From assembly GCA_963737265.1 (NCBI GenBank), contig CAVTRY010000012.1:32001-96000 (forward strand): a stretch of DNA of 64,000 bases, read 5' to 3'. Below are positions 42,717-52,422 of the stretch, in pieces. This DNA comes from an uncultured delta proteobacterium (GTDB lineage: Bacteria > Myxococcota_A > Polyangia > Fen-1088). The notes beneath the pieces were generated by a model. That model did not search any database. It was not told the DNA's origin and saw only the letters and a list, made by a program, of their open reading frames with translations. Position numbers and translations under genes: made by a program. The stretch's first letter is position 1. Every line of letters starts with the position of its first letter.

Positions 42717-43522
42717 GAAGATCTCCATTCTCGAATAAGGGGATGGGAAAAGGTGTTGGCCAGGGCGCGCACCGCCGGGAGACCGGACGAGGCCTCGCGC
42801 AACGCGGCTTCCACTTGCTTGACCGAAACCGGCGCGCTGGTGAGCAACGCGACTACTTGCAACGGGCCACGCGCGGGACGGTCGGGCTCGACGACCTGGG
42901 GAAGCAGCGTCTCTTGCTGGGTGGCGGGCAGAAGAACCGATCGAGGATCGGTGGTGGCGTCGGCGTACTCGGGGTAAATCCAATGCACGGTCCCGGCCGC
43001 ATCCATCGCGAACGCGGCCAAGTAATACCGCGCCTGCCCGGGATTCACGAAGCGAACCGCGAAGGCGTCTCCAGGCGACAGCGGCTGGCTGTCGACTGGC
43101 CTGAGTTGCCCGTCGTGCACGACCAGGATCTCGGTCGTGGGCTGGTCGGACCGCACCTCGTGGCGCCCGCCACGAGCAGTCCAGGTGTCTTCGTGCCCGT
43201 GCCGATACCGATGTCCGACCTCGATGCCGGCGCCGAGCAGAAATACGGCAGCGGCGGCTATCCATGCCAGGCGAACCACACGCGGGCCGTGGGTCGAGTT
43301 GGCGACCACCGTGGCTCCGCGGTTCGCCATGACCCGCGCGACAAACGATTCGCTTTCGCCGTCACGCGGCCGCTCAAGATCCGTCACCAGTTGGCGAAGC
43401 TCGTCGCGGCGCCCGGCACAGCCAGCGCACTCGGCAAGGTGCCGTTCGATGTGGCCGGCTTGGTTGAGCGTGACCTCGCCGAGCTCGGCCTGGATCAATA
43501 GCCTTTCGCCGAGGCAAGTCAT
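42701..43522 (-). CDS. Zinc-finger anti-sigma factor with TM helix and DUF4384-like domain
   Basis: HLAECAGC (HxxxCxxC), TM, WTARGG, GTVHWIYP. Overlaps both neighbours. Confidence 0.75.
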   Translation of the reverse strand: MTCLGERLLIQAELGEVTLNQAGHIERHLAECAGCAGRRDELRQLVTDLERPRDGESESFVARVMANRGATVVANSTHGPRVVRLAWIAAAAVFLLGAGIEVGHRYRHGHEDTWTARGGRHEVRSDQPTTEILVVHDGQLRPVDSQPLSPGDAFAVRFVNPGQARYYLAAFAMDAAGTVHWIYPEYADATTDPRSVLLPATQQETLLPQVVEPDRPARGPLQVVALLTSAPVSVKQVEAALREASSGLPAVRALANTFSHPLIREWRSSWNAR

Positions 43523-44118
43523 CGTGAAGCGTCCTTTCCGAAGATTTGGCGCAGGCGCAAGATGCCGTGAAATACGCGCGAGCGCACCGTCGATTGCGAG
43601 CGGTCGAGCACCCGGGCCATTTCGTCGTAGTCGAGTCCGGCGGAGTAGCGCAAGAGGAGTGCTTCGCGCAGCTTGGCCGGCAATAGCGCGAGTTTTTGCT
43701 GTACCCGTCGCGCGCGATCGCGTTCCAGGATCGCCTCCAGCTCGGTGCCGGGTTGCACGAGCTCGGCGCTCAGATCCTCCTCGTCGCGTCTGCATCGAAC
43801 CGCGTTCAGGCAGCGCGTCCGCGCGATAAGAAAAAGGTAGGAGCGAAATCGGCCGCGCGGTTCGTAGCGCGCACGCGAGCGCCACAGCTCGACAAACACC
43901 TCTTGCGCCACATCGTCGCCGGTCGCGCTACCGCCGCACGTGCATGCACAGAAGCCCCGCACTGCGCCCTGGTGGCGCCGCACCAGCACCGCGAAGGCGT
44001 CGTCCATGCCCGCAGCGCAAAGGCGCATGAGCTCGTCGTCGGTTCTGGCCGACAACGCCACCTCGGGTTTGGCAAACGGCACGAGGGTGCCGAGCTGGTG
44101 TTTGCTATCCGGCTTCAT
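43519..44118 (-). CDS. ECF sigma-70 factor
   Basis: TDDELM, DDVAQEVF, FRSYLFLIART, LDYDEMA, TVRSRV. Confidence 0.92.
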   Translation of the reverse strand: MKPDSKHQLGTLVPFAKPEVALSARTDDELMRLCAAGMDDAFAVLVRRHQGAVRGFCACTCGGSATGDDVAQEVFVELWRSRARYEPRGRFRSYLFLIARTRCLNAVRCRRDEEDLSAELVQPGTELEAILERDRARRVQQKLALLPAKLREALLLRYSAGLDYDEMARVLDRSQSTVRSRVFHGILRLRQIFGKDASR

Positions 44119-44248
44119 CGTTCGATTGATCTAAGAACACGTGGCGGTCCGGACTTGTTGAAATCTTCTATCAACGCCACCTCTTGGCGGCGTGTTTTCC
44201 GTCCATGATGACTTTCACTAGGACGTTCATAGTCTCAAATGGGCACCG

Positions 44249-45278
44249 TTGGCTCTCATCTTCGTCGCAGCCTGCTCTGCGCCTGCAACAAGTGATGTCT
44301 CGGGTGATGCGCCGATTCCAGCGGCCTACCAAGCATTCGCCGCAGCCTTCGACCAGGAGCGACAGCAGCTCGGTATCCCCGGCGCGTCCGTCGCGCTCAT
44401 CCAAAATGGCACCGTCACCTTCGCCCACGGCTTCGGGACCAAGGGACCAAGCAGCAAAGAGCCGGTGGGTTCGAGCACGCTATTCCGCATCGGCTCGATG
44501 ACGAAGGCACTCACGGCGACGGCGCTGCTTGGCCTGGTTCAGTCGGGAAAAGTCAGTCTCGACACGACCCTGACGAGCGTCGTTCCCGACGTTGCGATAG
44601 GCGACGCCAGCGATCCGTCCACCTTGACGATCCGCCAACTCCTCACGCGCCAATCGGGACTCTACGATTACCTCGTCTGGGATGGCCCGACGGACGACTC
44701 GGCCCTGTCCCAGTTTCTCACCAGCCCAGCGTACGCGGCGAATGAGTATTTCATGGACCCTCCGGGTACCTTTTACAATTACGCAAACCCCGACTTTTAC
44801 CTGGCAGGTCTCGCGCTTGAGCGCGTAGGCGGCGTCCCGTATCGGCAAGCGCTGGCCGAGCCAGTGTTCGCGCCGCTCGGGATGACGCGCACGTTTTTCC
44901 TGCCTACCGAGGTCATCGCCGATGGCGACTTCGCCGACGGAAAGTCGACCATGTCGGACGGCACCCCCTAGGACGTGCGGCCAGACTCGTACAACAACGC
45001 CTGGGCCCGCCCGTGCGGCTACGCGTTCTCGAGCGTGGTGGACTACGCCAAGTTCGTACAGTTCCTCTACGCTGGGAACGCATCGGTACTGGCAGACAGC
45101 GAACACAGCGTACGACCACACATTGCAGCCGACCTCGATGGACAACTTCATCGTGACTGTGCAAGGCAGCCCGCTCCCACTCACCTTCATCGCCGATTCG
45201 ACTGGGGCCTACGTGTGGATCCGCACCCGGATCGCCGTGGTGAAACGGGTATTGAACAACGGGGGAACGGCCCCCTAG
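44249..45278 (+). pseudogene. Serine hydrolase (beta-lactamase family) with internal stop and ~440-bp deletion
   Basis: FRIGSMTK (SxxK), YNYAN, TAG at 44969. The 3' part matches 58575-58679 then jumps to 59123-59299. Confidence 0.85.
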
Positions 45279-45690
45279 GTTCGTCGAGTGCGACGGCGAA
45301 GGAAGGCCAGAACGCCGAGGGAAAGCAAACCAAGGATCGCCGATCGCCGGTCTGAAACACCCGCGCCGACGGCGAAGGAACAAGCCAGGGGCTCGCGAGA
45401 ATAGGCTGAAGAACTGTCCAAAAATTGGACAGTTCTTCAGCAGCCGAGCCAAGGGCTCGGCCGCAGGTGGGGTGAAGTCCGCGAATTTACTTCGCGGACG
45501 AGGGGAGGGCAGCGGCCCAGGCAGCGGCCCTCCCTTCAAAAATCTTCAAGACGGGTCCATTTATGGACACGTCTTGAGTTGTCGGCGTAGCTTCCTGACT
45601 GCATGTTGTTCTCCAGCGCCAGAACATTGCTGGCTTCGGTCGACAAGTCGGCGTCTTCGAGTGTGGCCGACTCCGATAGCAGCATGGTTC
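45275..45690 (-). pseudogene. Duplicated 3' end of the VWA lipoprotein gene, interrupted by a MITE
   Basis: Matches 59296-59543 apart from the 165-bp insert and an extra TGA. Confidence 0.88.
45410..45574 (+). mobile_element. 165-bp hairpin MITE (copy B)
   Basis: Imperfect TIRs AGAACTGTCCAAAAAT / ATTTATGGACACGTCT, TGA TSD. Empty site GGC-TGA-GTTGTC visible at 59425-59436. Confidence 0.9.
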
Positions 45691-45691
45691 T

Positions 45692-45825
45692 CCCTAGAGG
45701 CGGCCGGCTACAAGGTGCTGGTCGCCGCTGCCGGCGACGAGGCGCTGCGGATCGCAGCGGAGCACGCTGGTGACATCCATCTCCTTCTCACTGACATGGT
45801 CATGCCGAGGATGAGCGGCAGAGCA
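45692..45825 (+). pseudogene. Receiver-domain internal fragment
   Basis: [18 protein letters not shown]...[15 protein letters not shown]. Confidence 0.7.
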
Positions 45826-46124
45826 CCCGATGCCGATTCTTGGCGCCAGAAGTCCCAGGCGCCCTCGAAGAAAGGCAAGTAGCAGACACGGACCGGCGGC
45901 TCTCCTCGCGCACCTCGCGAGCCGCGCGCGAACGCCGCCCTGGCCGCCGGCGCTAACGTATTTCTGCCCCAAGAGCCGCCACCGCCGCAGCCTGGTCGCC
46001 GCCGTGGCCGCCTGCCTCAACCAGCGCGACAGCGAACCGGCCCCGGACGAAACCGGACGAAGGCGCGGGGCGCTGAGGGCGTGCTCAAGCAACTTCCGTG
46101 ACCCGCTGACCGACATCCTCCTTC

Positions 46125-47110
46125 GTGGAGGCAGCAGCATGCGCAAAACCTGCGACCGGCTACAGCTATGCCCGCCGGGAGCCTGAGAAGACCGCGCTCT
46201 TCCAGGTGCTCCAGCAACACCTTCTGACCTTCGAGCAAGAGTGGACCGACAAGTCCGACGGCCGCACGCTGCCCAGCTTCGTGACCGACGAGCTGCACGA
46301 CTTCCTAGGCTGTGGCATCCTCGCGCGGGGCTTCGCGCAACTTTTGTGTAAGACCTGCCACCAGCGGTATGCGGTGGCCTGGAGCTGCAAAGGTCGCGGC
46401 TTCTGTCCGAGCTGCGGCGGCAGACGCATGAACGCGGGCGCGTTGACTCTGGTCGACCACGTGCTGCCCGAAGTGCCTATCCGACAATTCGCGACGGGCG
46501 CGGCGAAGCCGCGTGGGGCAGGGGCAGGGCGGGCAGGCCCTAGTTACGCTGCCCTTCTCGCTGAGATTTCCGTTGGCCTTCGATGGGCAATTACTCGGCC
46601 AAGTCCTGCGCATCTCCATCGACACCGTAGCGTCGAGCTATCGCAAGCGCCTGGCAGATCGGGGGATTGCCGACGGCGAGTGTGGCGCCGTCACGGTCGT
46701 CCAGCGCGCCAACAGCGACCTGCGTCTCTCACCGCATTTTCATGTCCTCCAGCTCGATGGCGCGTACGCCCCTGGCCGCGACGGCGGTTCCCCCATCTTC
46801 CACCCGGCGCCGGAACTTACCCAAGAGGACGTCCTTGCCATCGTCGCGCGCGCCAGCAAACGCATCCTCCGCTTCCTAAAGCGTCGCGGGGTTATCACCC
46901 TCGTCACCGCGCCCGGCGAGGGCACGCGCGAAGCGCGTGGGGTGGGTAGGTGGAGGGGTAGGTCCCGAAGTCCCCGAAGGGGGAGACGGTGAGGTCACCG
47001 TCGTCACCGACGAAAACCATCGCCGAGAAAGATCCTCTCCTGGCCCGCTTGATGGCCGCAGCCACCGCTGGCACCTCGCCCGCCGGCCCCGCGCACAAGC
47101 GCGCTCCCGT
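46125..47110 (+). pseudogene. IS91-family transposase N-terminal part with two short insertions
   Basis: Zn-binding CGILARGFA/CKGRGFCPSCGGRRM and HUH motif PHFHVL. Frame broken at about 46492 and 46920. Confidence 0.9.
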
Positions 47111-47425
47111 GCGCATCGTGTTGTTGTCGTGGCGGCCGGCCGGTCTCGGTTTCGGGTGCGGGATTTGATCGATCTCACCGCACTGGTGGGGAGGCTTCGC
47201 AGGTGAGAGCGACGCGCGTAGCGGCGGAAGTGTGTAAGGCCATTTTTGCCGTCTGTGTAATTGTGATTATGCCGTCCTGTGGTCAGGGTGGCACTTCAAA
47301 TGGCACGATGAGTGCACATTTCAGCGTCTGCATCCACTGCCCTGCCTGGCGATTTTGGGTTGACATCTCTACTTGCGACGGCGTTAATAGAGTTACACCA
47401 CCTTCCAGCCACCCTGGAGACGCCC

Positions 47426-47893
47426 ATGAGCAAAGCCAAGCCCTCCGACCCCAAGCTCGCAGCCCTGCGACAACACGGCTGCCTCAATCCCCATCCGGAC
47501 AAGGTCGCCGATCCGATCTTCGCCTCCTCCGACTTCTTCGACCCCCGCGATCTGGTCCAGGTCAAGTACGAGATGGTGCGGCGTGTGCGCGTGGACGGAC
47601 AGCCTGTCAGCCACAGCGCCGCCGCGTACGGATTCTCACGTCCCGCGTTCTATCAAGCGCAAACCGTTCTCGACCGCGGCGGCCTGGCGGCTCTGGTGCC
47701 GAGAAAGCCAGGACCGCGACGGTCGCACAAGCTGAGCACGGACGTGATGGAGTTTCTACAGCGAGAGCGGTCCACGGATTCGTCGCTGCGCCCGCCGGAC
47801 TTGGCACGCCTGGTTCTGGAGCGTTTCGGCCGCAAGGTTCATCCTCGCAGCGTCGAACGGGCGCTCACACGACAGGAAAAAAAACGGCGGTGA
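47426..47893 (+). CDS. HTH protein associated with a large serine recombinase
   Basis: FFDPRDLVQVKYEMVRRV, YGFSRPAFYQ, KPGPRRSHKL, VHPRSVERAL. Confidence 0.75.
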   Translation: MSKAKPSDPKLAALRQHGCLNPHPDKVADPIFASSDFFDPRDLVQVKYEMVRRVRVDGQPVSHSAAAYGFSRPAFYQAQTVLDRGGLAALVPRKPGPRRSHKLSTDVMEFLQRERSTDSSLRPPDLARLVLERFGRKVHPRSVERALTRQEKKRR

Positions 47894-47996
47894 TCGTTTC
47901 GCCCGCGGCAACGGGTGGCAGCGACACCGCCATCGCGGAGTACGAAGAGTTGCGCTGTCGCGTTACCTTGGCAGCAGGACGAAGGGAGATGACGAC

Positions 47997-50258
47997 ATGA
48001 ACTCCGAAGGACATCAGAAAGTCACCACCAGCCACCTCAAGCGGGATGCCTATCTGTACGTCAGGCAGTCGACGGTCCGGCAGGTCATTGAGAATACCGA
48101 GAGCACGCAGCGGCAGTATGCTCTCCGCCAGCGTGCCGTTGCTTTGGGCTGGCCAAACGATCGGATCATCGTCATCGACACAGATCTCGGCCAGTCAGGA
48201 GCTTCCGCGGTCGACCGCGTGGGTTTCCAGAAGCTCGTGGCCGAGGTCGGGATGGGGCCAGGGCCAACGCATCTAAATTGTAAGTGATCTTGCGGAGATG
48301 CCGATAGTTATGCCCGGTCTCCGCGCCCGTGCGCGCTGCCGAACCTGCCTGCACACCGGCGCGCGCACCGACCCCAGGGGAAAACCTTCCAGAAATGGCC
48401 GAGACTCTGATGGATCCTGCGTCGATGTAGGATGATGCGATGGCCCTGGGGATGGGGCACGCCGGTATCGTGCTTGGCTTGGAGGTCTCTCGACTGGCGC
48501 GCAATTCCACTGACTGGCACCGATTGCTCGAAGATCTGCGCACTGACCGACACCTTGATTCTCGACGAGGATGGCATCTACGACCCCGCGCACTTCAACG
48601 ACCGGCTGTTGCTCGGGCTCAAGGGAACGATGAGTGAAGCCGAGTTGCACGTCTTGCGAGCTCGCCTGCGCGGCGGCACCATCAACAAGGCGCGCCGGGG
48701 CGAATTGCATTGTCGCCTACCTGTTGGCTTCGTCTACGACGGTGGCGGGCGCGTCGTCCTTGATCCGGACAAGCAAGTGCAAGAGAGCGTGCGATTGCTG
48801 TTCGCGACTTTCGCACGAACAGGGGCAGCGCATGCCACGCTCAAGTACTTCCGACAAGAGAAGCTGCTATTCCCCACACGTCTGGGTGCCGGGGCGAGCA
48901 AGGGTGAGCTGGCTTGGACGCCGCTCAGCCTGGCACGCACTGCCAGCATCCTGCACAACCCGTGGTATGCGGGCGCGTACGCATTCGGTAGAAACCGCTG
49001 GCGAAAAAGACCGGACGGAAGCAACTCCTGCCGACGAGAACGCTTACCGCGCGCCGAGTGGCTTGCTCTGCTTCGGGATGCCCACCCCGCGTACATCTCG
49101 TGGGAAGAGTACGAGCGCATCGACCAGCGCTTGCAGGCCAGTGCCAAGTCCCTCGGCTGGGAGCGAGGCCGGGAATCTCCTCGTGAGGGTCCAGCCCTGT
49201 TGCAAGGACGCACGATCTGCGGACTCTGCGGCTGCCGAATGGGCGTTCACTACAACACTCGACGCTCAGGTCAGCTCATTCCCAACTATGTGTGCTCCGG
49301 ACACGGCCGTCTCCTTGGCGACGGCTCATGCCAGAGCATTCTGGGAACGGAAATCGACGCAGCCGTCAGCAAGTTGCTGGTCGAGGCCGTGACACCGATG
49401 GCGCTCGAAATGACCCTCGCCATCCAGCAGGAGATCGCGGCCCGCCTCGACGAGGCCGATCGGCTGCGCCACCGCCAAGTCGAGCGAGCCCAGTACGAGG
49501 CTGACCACGCCCGCCGTCGCTACATGCAGGTGGATGGCGCCAACCGGTTGGTCGCAGATTCACTGGAAGCAGAGTGGAACGCCAAGCTGCGTGCGCTTTC
49601 CAAGGCCCAGGAGGAATACCTGCGCCAGCACGAGGCCGACCGACTCGCCGTCGGCAAGGATGAACGCCAGCGCATCCTCGCTCTCGTCACGGATTTCCCC
49701 GCCGTCTGGCGTGACCCCAATACGCCCCAGCGCGAGCGCAAGCGCATGCTCGCGCTTCTGATCGAAGACATCACCCTGATCAAGCGGCGCGAAATCACCG
49801 TGAAGATCCGCTTCCGCGGCGGTGCAACCACTACCTTGACACTGCCTCGTCCACTCACGCCCCAGCAACTGCGTGCCACACATCCCGAAGTCCGTCAGCA
49901 GATCGACGCCCTCCTCGACGAGTACACCAACGCTCAGGTCGCCAACCAACTCAACAAGCAACAGATGCGCACCGGCACTGGCGAGTCCTTCGATGCCGTG
50001 AGCGTCCAGTGGGTACGCTTCTCGGCCAAGCTCAAGAGTCTCAAGGAACGACTCATCGAAGCTGGCTGGCTGACAAGTAAGCAGGTCGCTGCCCTGCTCG
50101 GCGTCAGCCTTTCGACCGTCAGTAGTTTGCGCAACAACGGGCGCCTCAAGGGACGTATATGCAGCGACAAAGGCGAGTGGCTATACTGGCCATCCGACAT
50201 CCCCACAAGTCCTTCACCAACACCAACTGTTACATCCACTGCGAGAGGTGCAATATGA
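47997..50258 (+). pseudogene. Large serine recombinase interrupted by an ISAs1 MITE, with a further frameshift near 48530
   Basis: YLYVRQST (catalytic Ser), DLGQSG, SRLARN, LKGTMSEAE, CGLCG Zn ribbon, C-terminal HTH. Confidence 0.9.
48259..48448 (+). mobile_element. ISAs1-type MITE (copy B, 190 bp)
   Basis: TIRs resemble the ISAs1 at 32711-33998. 10-bp TSD GGGATGGGGC at 48249-48258 and 48449-48458. Confidence 0.93.
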
Positions 50259-50622
50259 AAAGCGATCCTTCGAGATCGACACCGTCTGCCCTCGCTGCAA
50301 AACCCCGCTGCGCCTCATCGCCATGATCGAGACCGAGGACACCATCAAGAAGATTCTCTCTGCCATGGGCTTGCCCACCGAGCCGCCCAACCTCTGGCTC
50401 GCACGGCCGCCACCCTCGCAATCTGGTGGCGAGGGCCGAGACTGGTTGAACTGACGGCACCTCGACAAGGTCGGGATGGAGTAGACCGCCCTGCGTGCTC
50501 GAGAAAGACCCCGTCAGGCCCCCAAAACCCGGCCAGGTGCGCTGCGCCAACGTGATCGGGGCCGACATGCTGCTGTCCGGCAGGGTTCTCCAACGCTCAA
50601 AATACCGCTTCGAATCGCCTAT
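50259..50622 (+). mobile_element. IS91-family 3' fragment plus oriIS-like end (copy 3, diverged)
   Basis: KRSFEIDTVCPRC...DWLN stop 50454. Ends GCTTCGAATCGCCTAT before GGCC. Confidence 0.8.
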
Positions 50623-50917
50623 GGCCGGCGATGTAGCGGCGCAAAGCCGCAATACCGTGCTGGTAGCAACGGTCGCGCAATTCGAGTAACAGGCGAGGCG
50701 CAGTCAACTCGGGCAACGCCGTCAGTCGCTTGACAATGTAGGGTTTGAAGGGCTCCATGATGCCCTTGCTGGCTGGCCGCTCGCTCTGGGTGTCGTCGGC
50801 CAGCGCCCTACGCACCGTCGAGTGGTGAACGCCGAATCGACGAGCCACGGTCTCAATGGGCAGCTTGTCGAGCAACACCAGGCGGCGCATTTGAGCGCGC
50901 AATTCGGCGGTGATCAT
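50623..50917 (-). pseudogene. istA: IS21 transposase N-terminal fragment
   Basis: IETVARRFGVHHSTVRRAL, MEPFKPYI, LTAPRLLLEL. Confidence 0.75.
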
Positions 50918-51299
50918 TGACCACCTCCCGCGGCCAGACCCACCCTGCGCGAGGCTCCGCGAAAATCGCCGAGCTTGCCGATGAATCGGTCACGCCGCTT
51001 GGACGCCGGACGGTGCGACCACTTCACCGCGATGTGCGTCTCATCCAGATCGCCCAGCAGGCGGGCCCAGCGATCGCCGTGCTGGCGGACATCCTGCGCG
51101 TCCGCATCGAGCACAGCGACCAACGACCGGCCATACCAGGCCACCAACGACTCCAACAGCGTGGCCAGCGCACGCGGCTGGCTCGGACATAGCGGCAGAC
51201 GGGCGCGCAGAGATCGAGCCCCGCCCTGGCTCGTGCAGCGACAGCCGTACCTCGTCGGGACACGGCTCGATGGACATCCAAAGTGACTGCGACATGGAT

Positions 51300-51629
51300 C
51301 ATGACCTCCACGCGCCACCCGTCGTCCGCGGGCACCATGCCTGCGTCGCGGGTAGCGCCTACTTCTGGAGGTACAGGTGCCGGGCCCGGCTCGGAACACG
51401 GATGCGTCACTTTCTGCAAAACGCGCTGGTGGCGGTACCGCATCTGGCGGGCCGCGTGTGCGTGCCGACCATCTCGCGTGCCCTGATAGCGTCGGCCCGC
51501 TGCCTGCTGTCGCTCCCGCTTGGCATCATCGGAGCATTCCATCGAGCAGCAACGGTAGCGTCCATCGCAGATCCGGCACAGCAGGAATTCGCCCTCGCAT
51601 CGGGGACAGCGACGGTCGATGAGGTCCAT
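51300..51629 (-). CDS. Cys-rich putative zinc-finger accessory protein upstream of istA (3' end uncertain)
   Basis: CPRC-x6-CRIC-x5-CCSMEC, then a basic helix RRYQGTRDGRHAHAARQMRYR. Confidence 0.55.
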
Positions 51630-52422
51630 GCCACGGCAGCAAACCCGCCGGGCTGGACTTCTTCAGCGCCCCGTGCGATCCAAGATCTTGCTTGGTGGGT
51701 CTCGTTTGTACGGGGACACCTACGAGGGCTCGGAGCGCTAACTCCGGGCCCTCGGTCTATCTGGGGGCAGCGACCGCTTCCCGTCTACGCCATCGCGCGT
51801 GGCAACATCAAGCCGCGCACCAAGATCCCCCGCGCCCGATCAGATCGGTTGCCCGCGTTTGGGGGGATCGTTTCCAGTCGCGCACGCGGCGGCCCCATCC
51901 CCCTGGCGAAAATGCCGATCCCTGGCCCCATGGGCCTGGCGATTGACACCCAAACTATCCCTATATCCGCCAACGAGGTTGGCGCCATCCGCCCGATAGT
52001 TGGCCACTTGGATCGCCAAGCTCTCTACTACCACGCGATCTTGGTTGGCCGCTGGATTGCGAAGGTTCCGGTTCAGAGTTGGAATCTGCCGGCGTAGGAC
52101 TCCGTGATGGCTCCCATTCCTTCCTACCGCAAACGACTAAATGAGGAAGCTTATGAACGAAGACCACTCGAACCTATGGCTGGCGTTTGGACTGCTACTA
52201 TTTCTGGGATGCGAAGCGAAGACCCCTCTCGACTCGCAGGAGGGATCGGCAGGCAGCAGCGCATCCGATTCCCAACCGGGTGGGAACAGTGCCGGGTCGG
52301 CAGCTCTCGCAGGAAACTCTGGGTCGGGCGGCCGAGGGGGGCTTGTTGGAACGAGTAACTCGGGAGGCACAGCAGGCGGAAATGGCGACGCGCGGCTCGT
52401 CAGCGCCTCGTATTCCTTCGGA

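Larger units (their letters stand above)
50623..51884 (-). mobile_element. Left part of IS21-family element 3
   Basis: Candidate left end TGCGCGACTGGAAACGATCCCC (rc, ending 51884), two accessory ORFs, then istA N-terminus cut by the IS91 end. Confidence 0.65.

Noticed and set aside
44249-44971. Beta-lactam resistance gene
   Set aside because: It is a generic serine hydrolase family member and is disrupted by a stop and a deletion.
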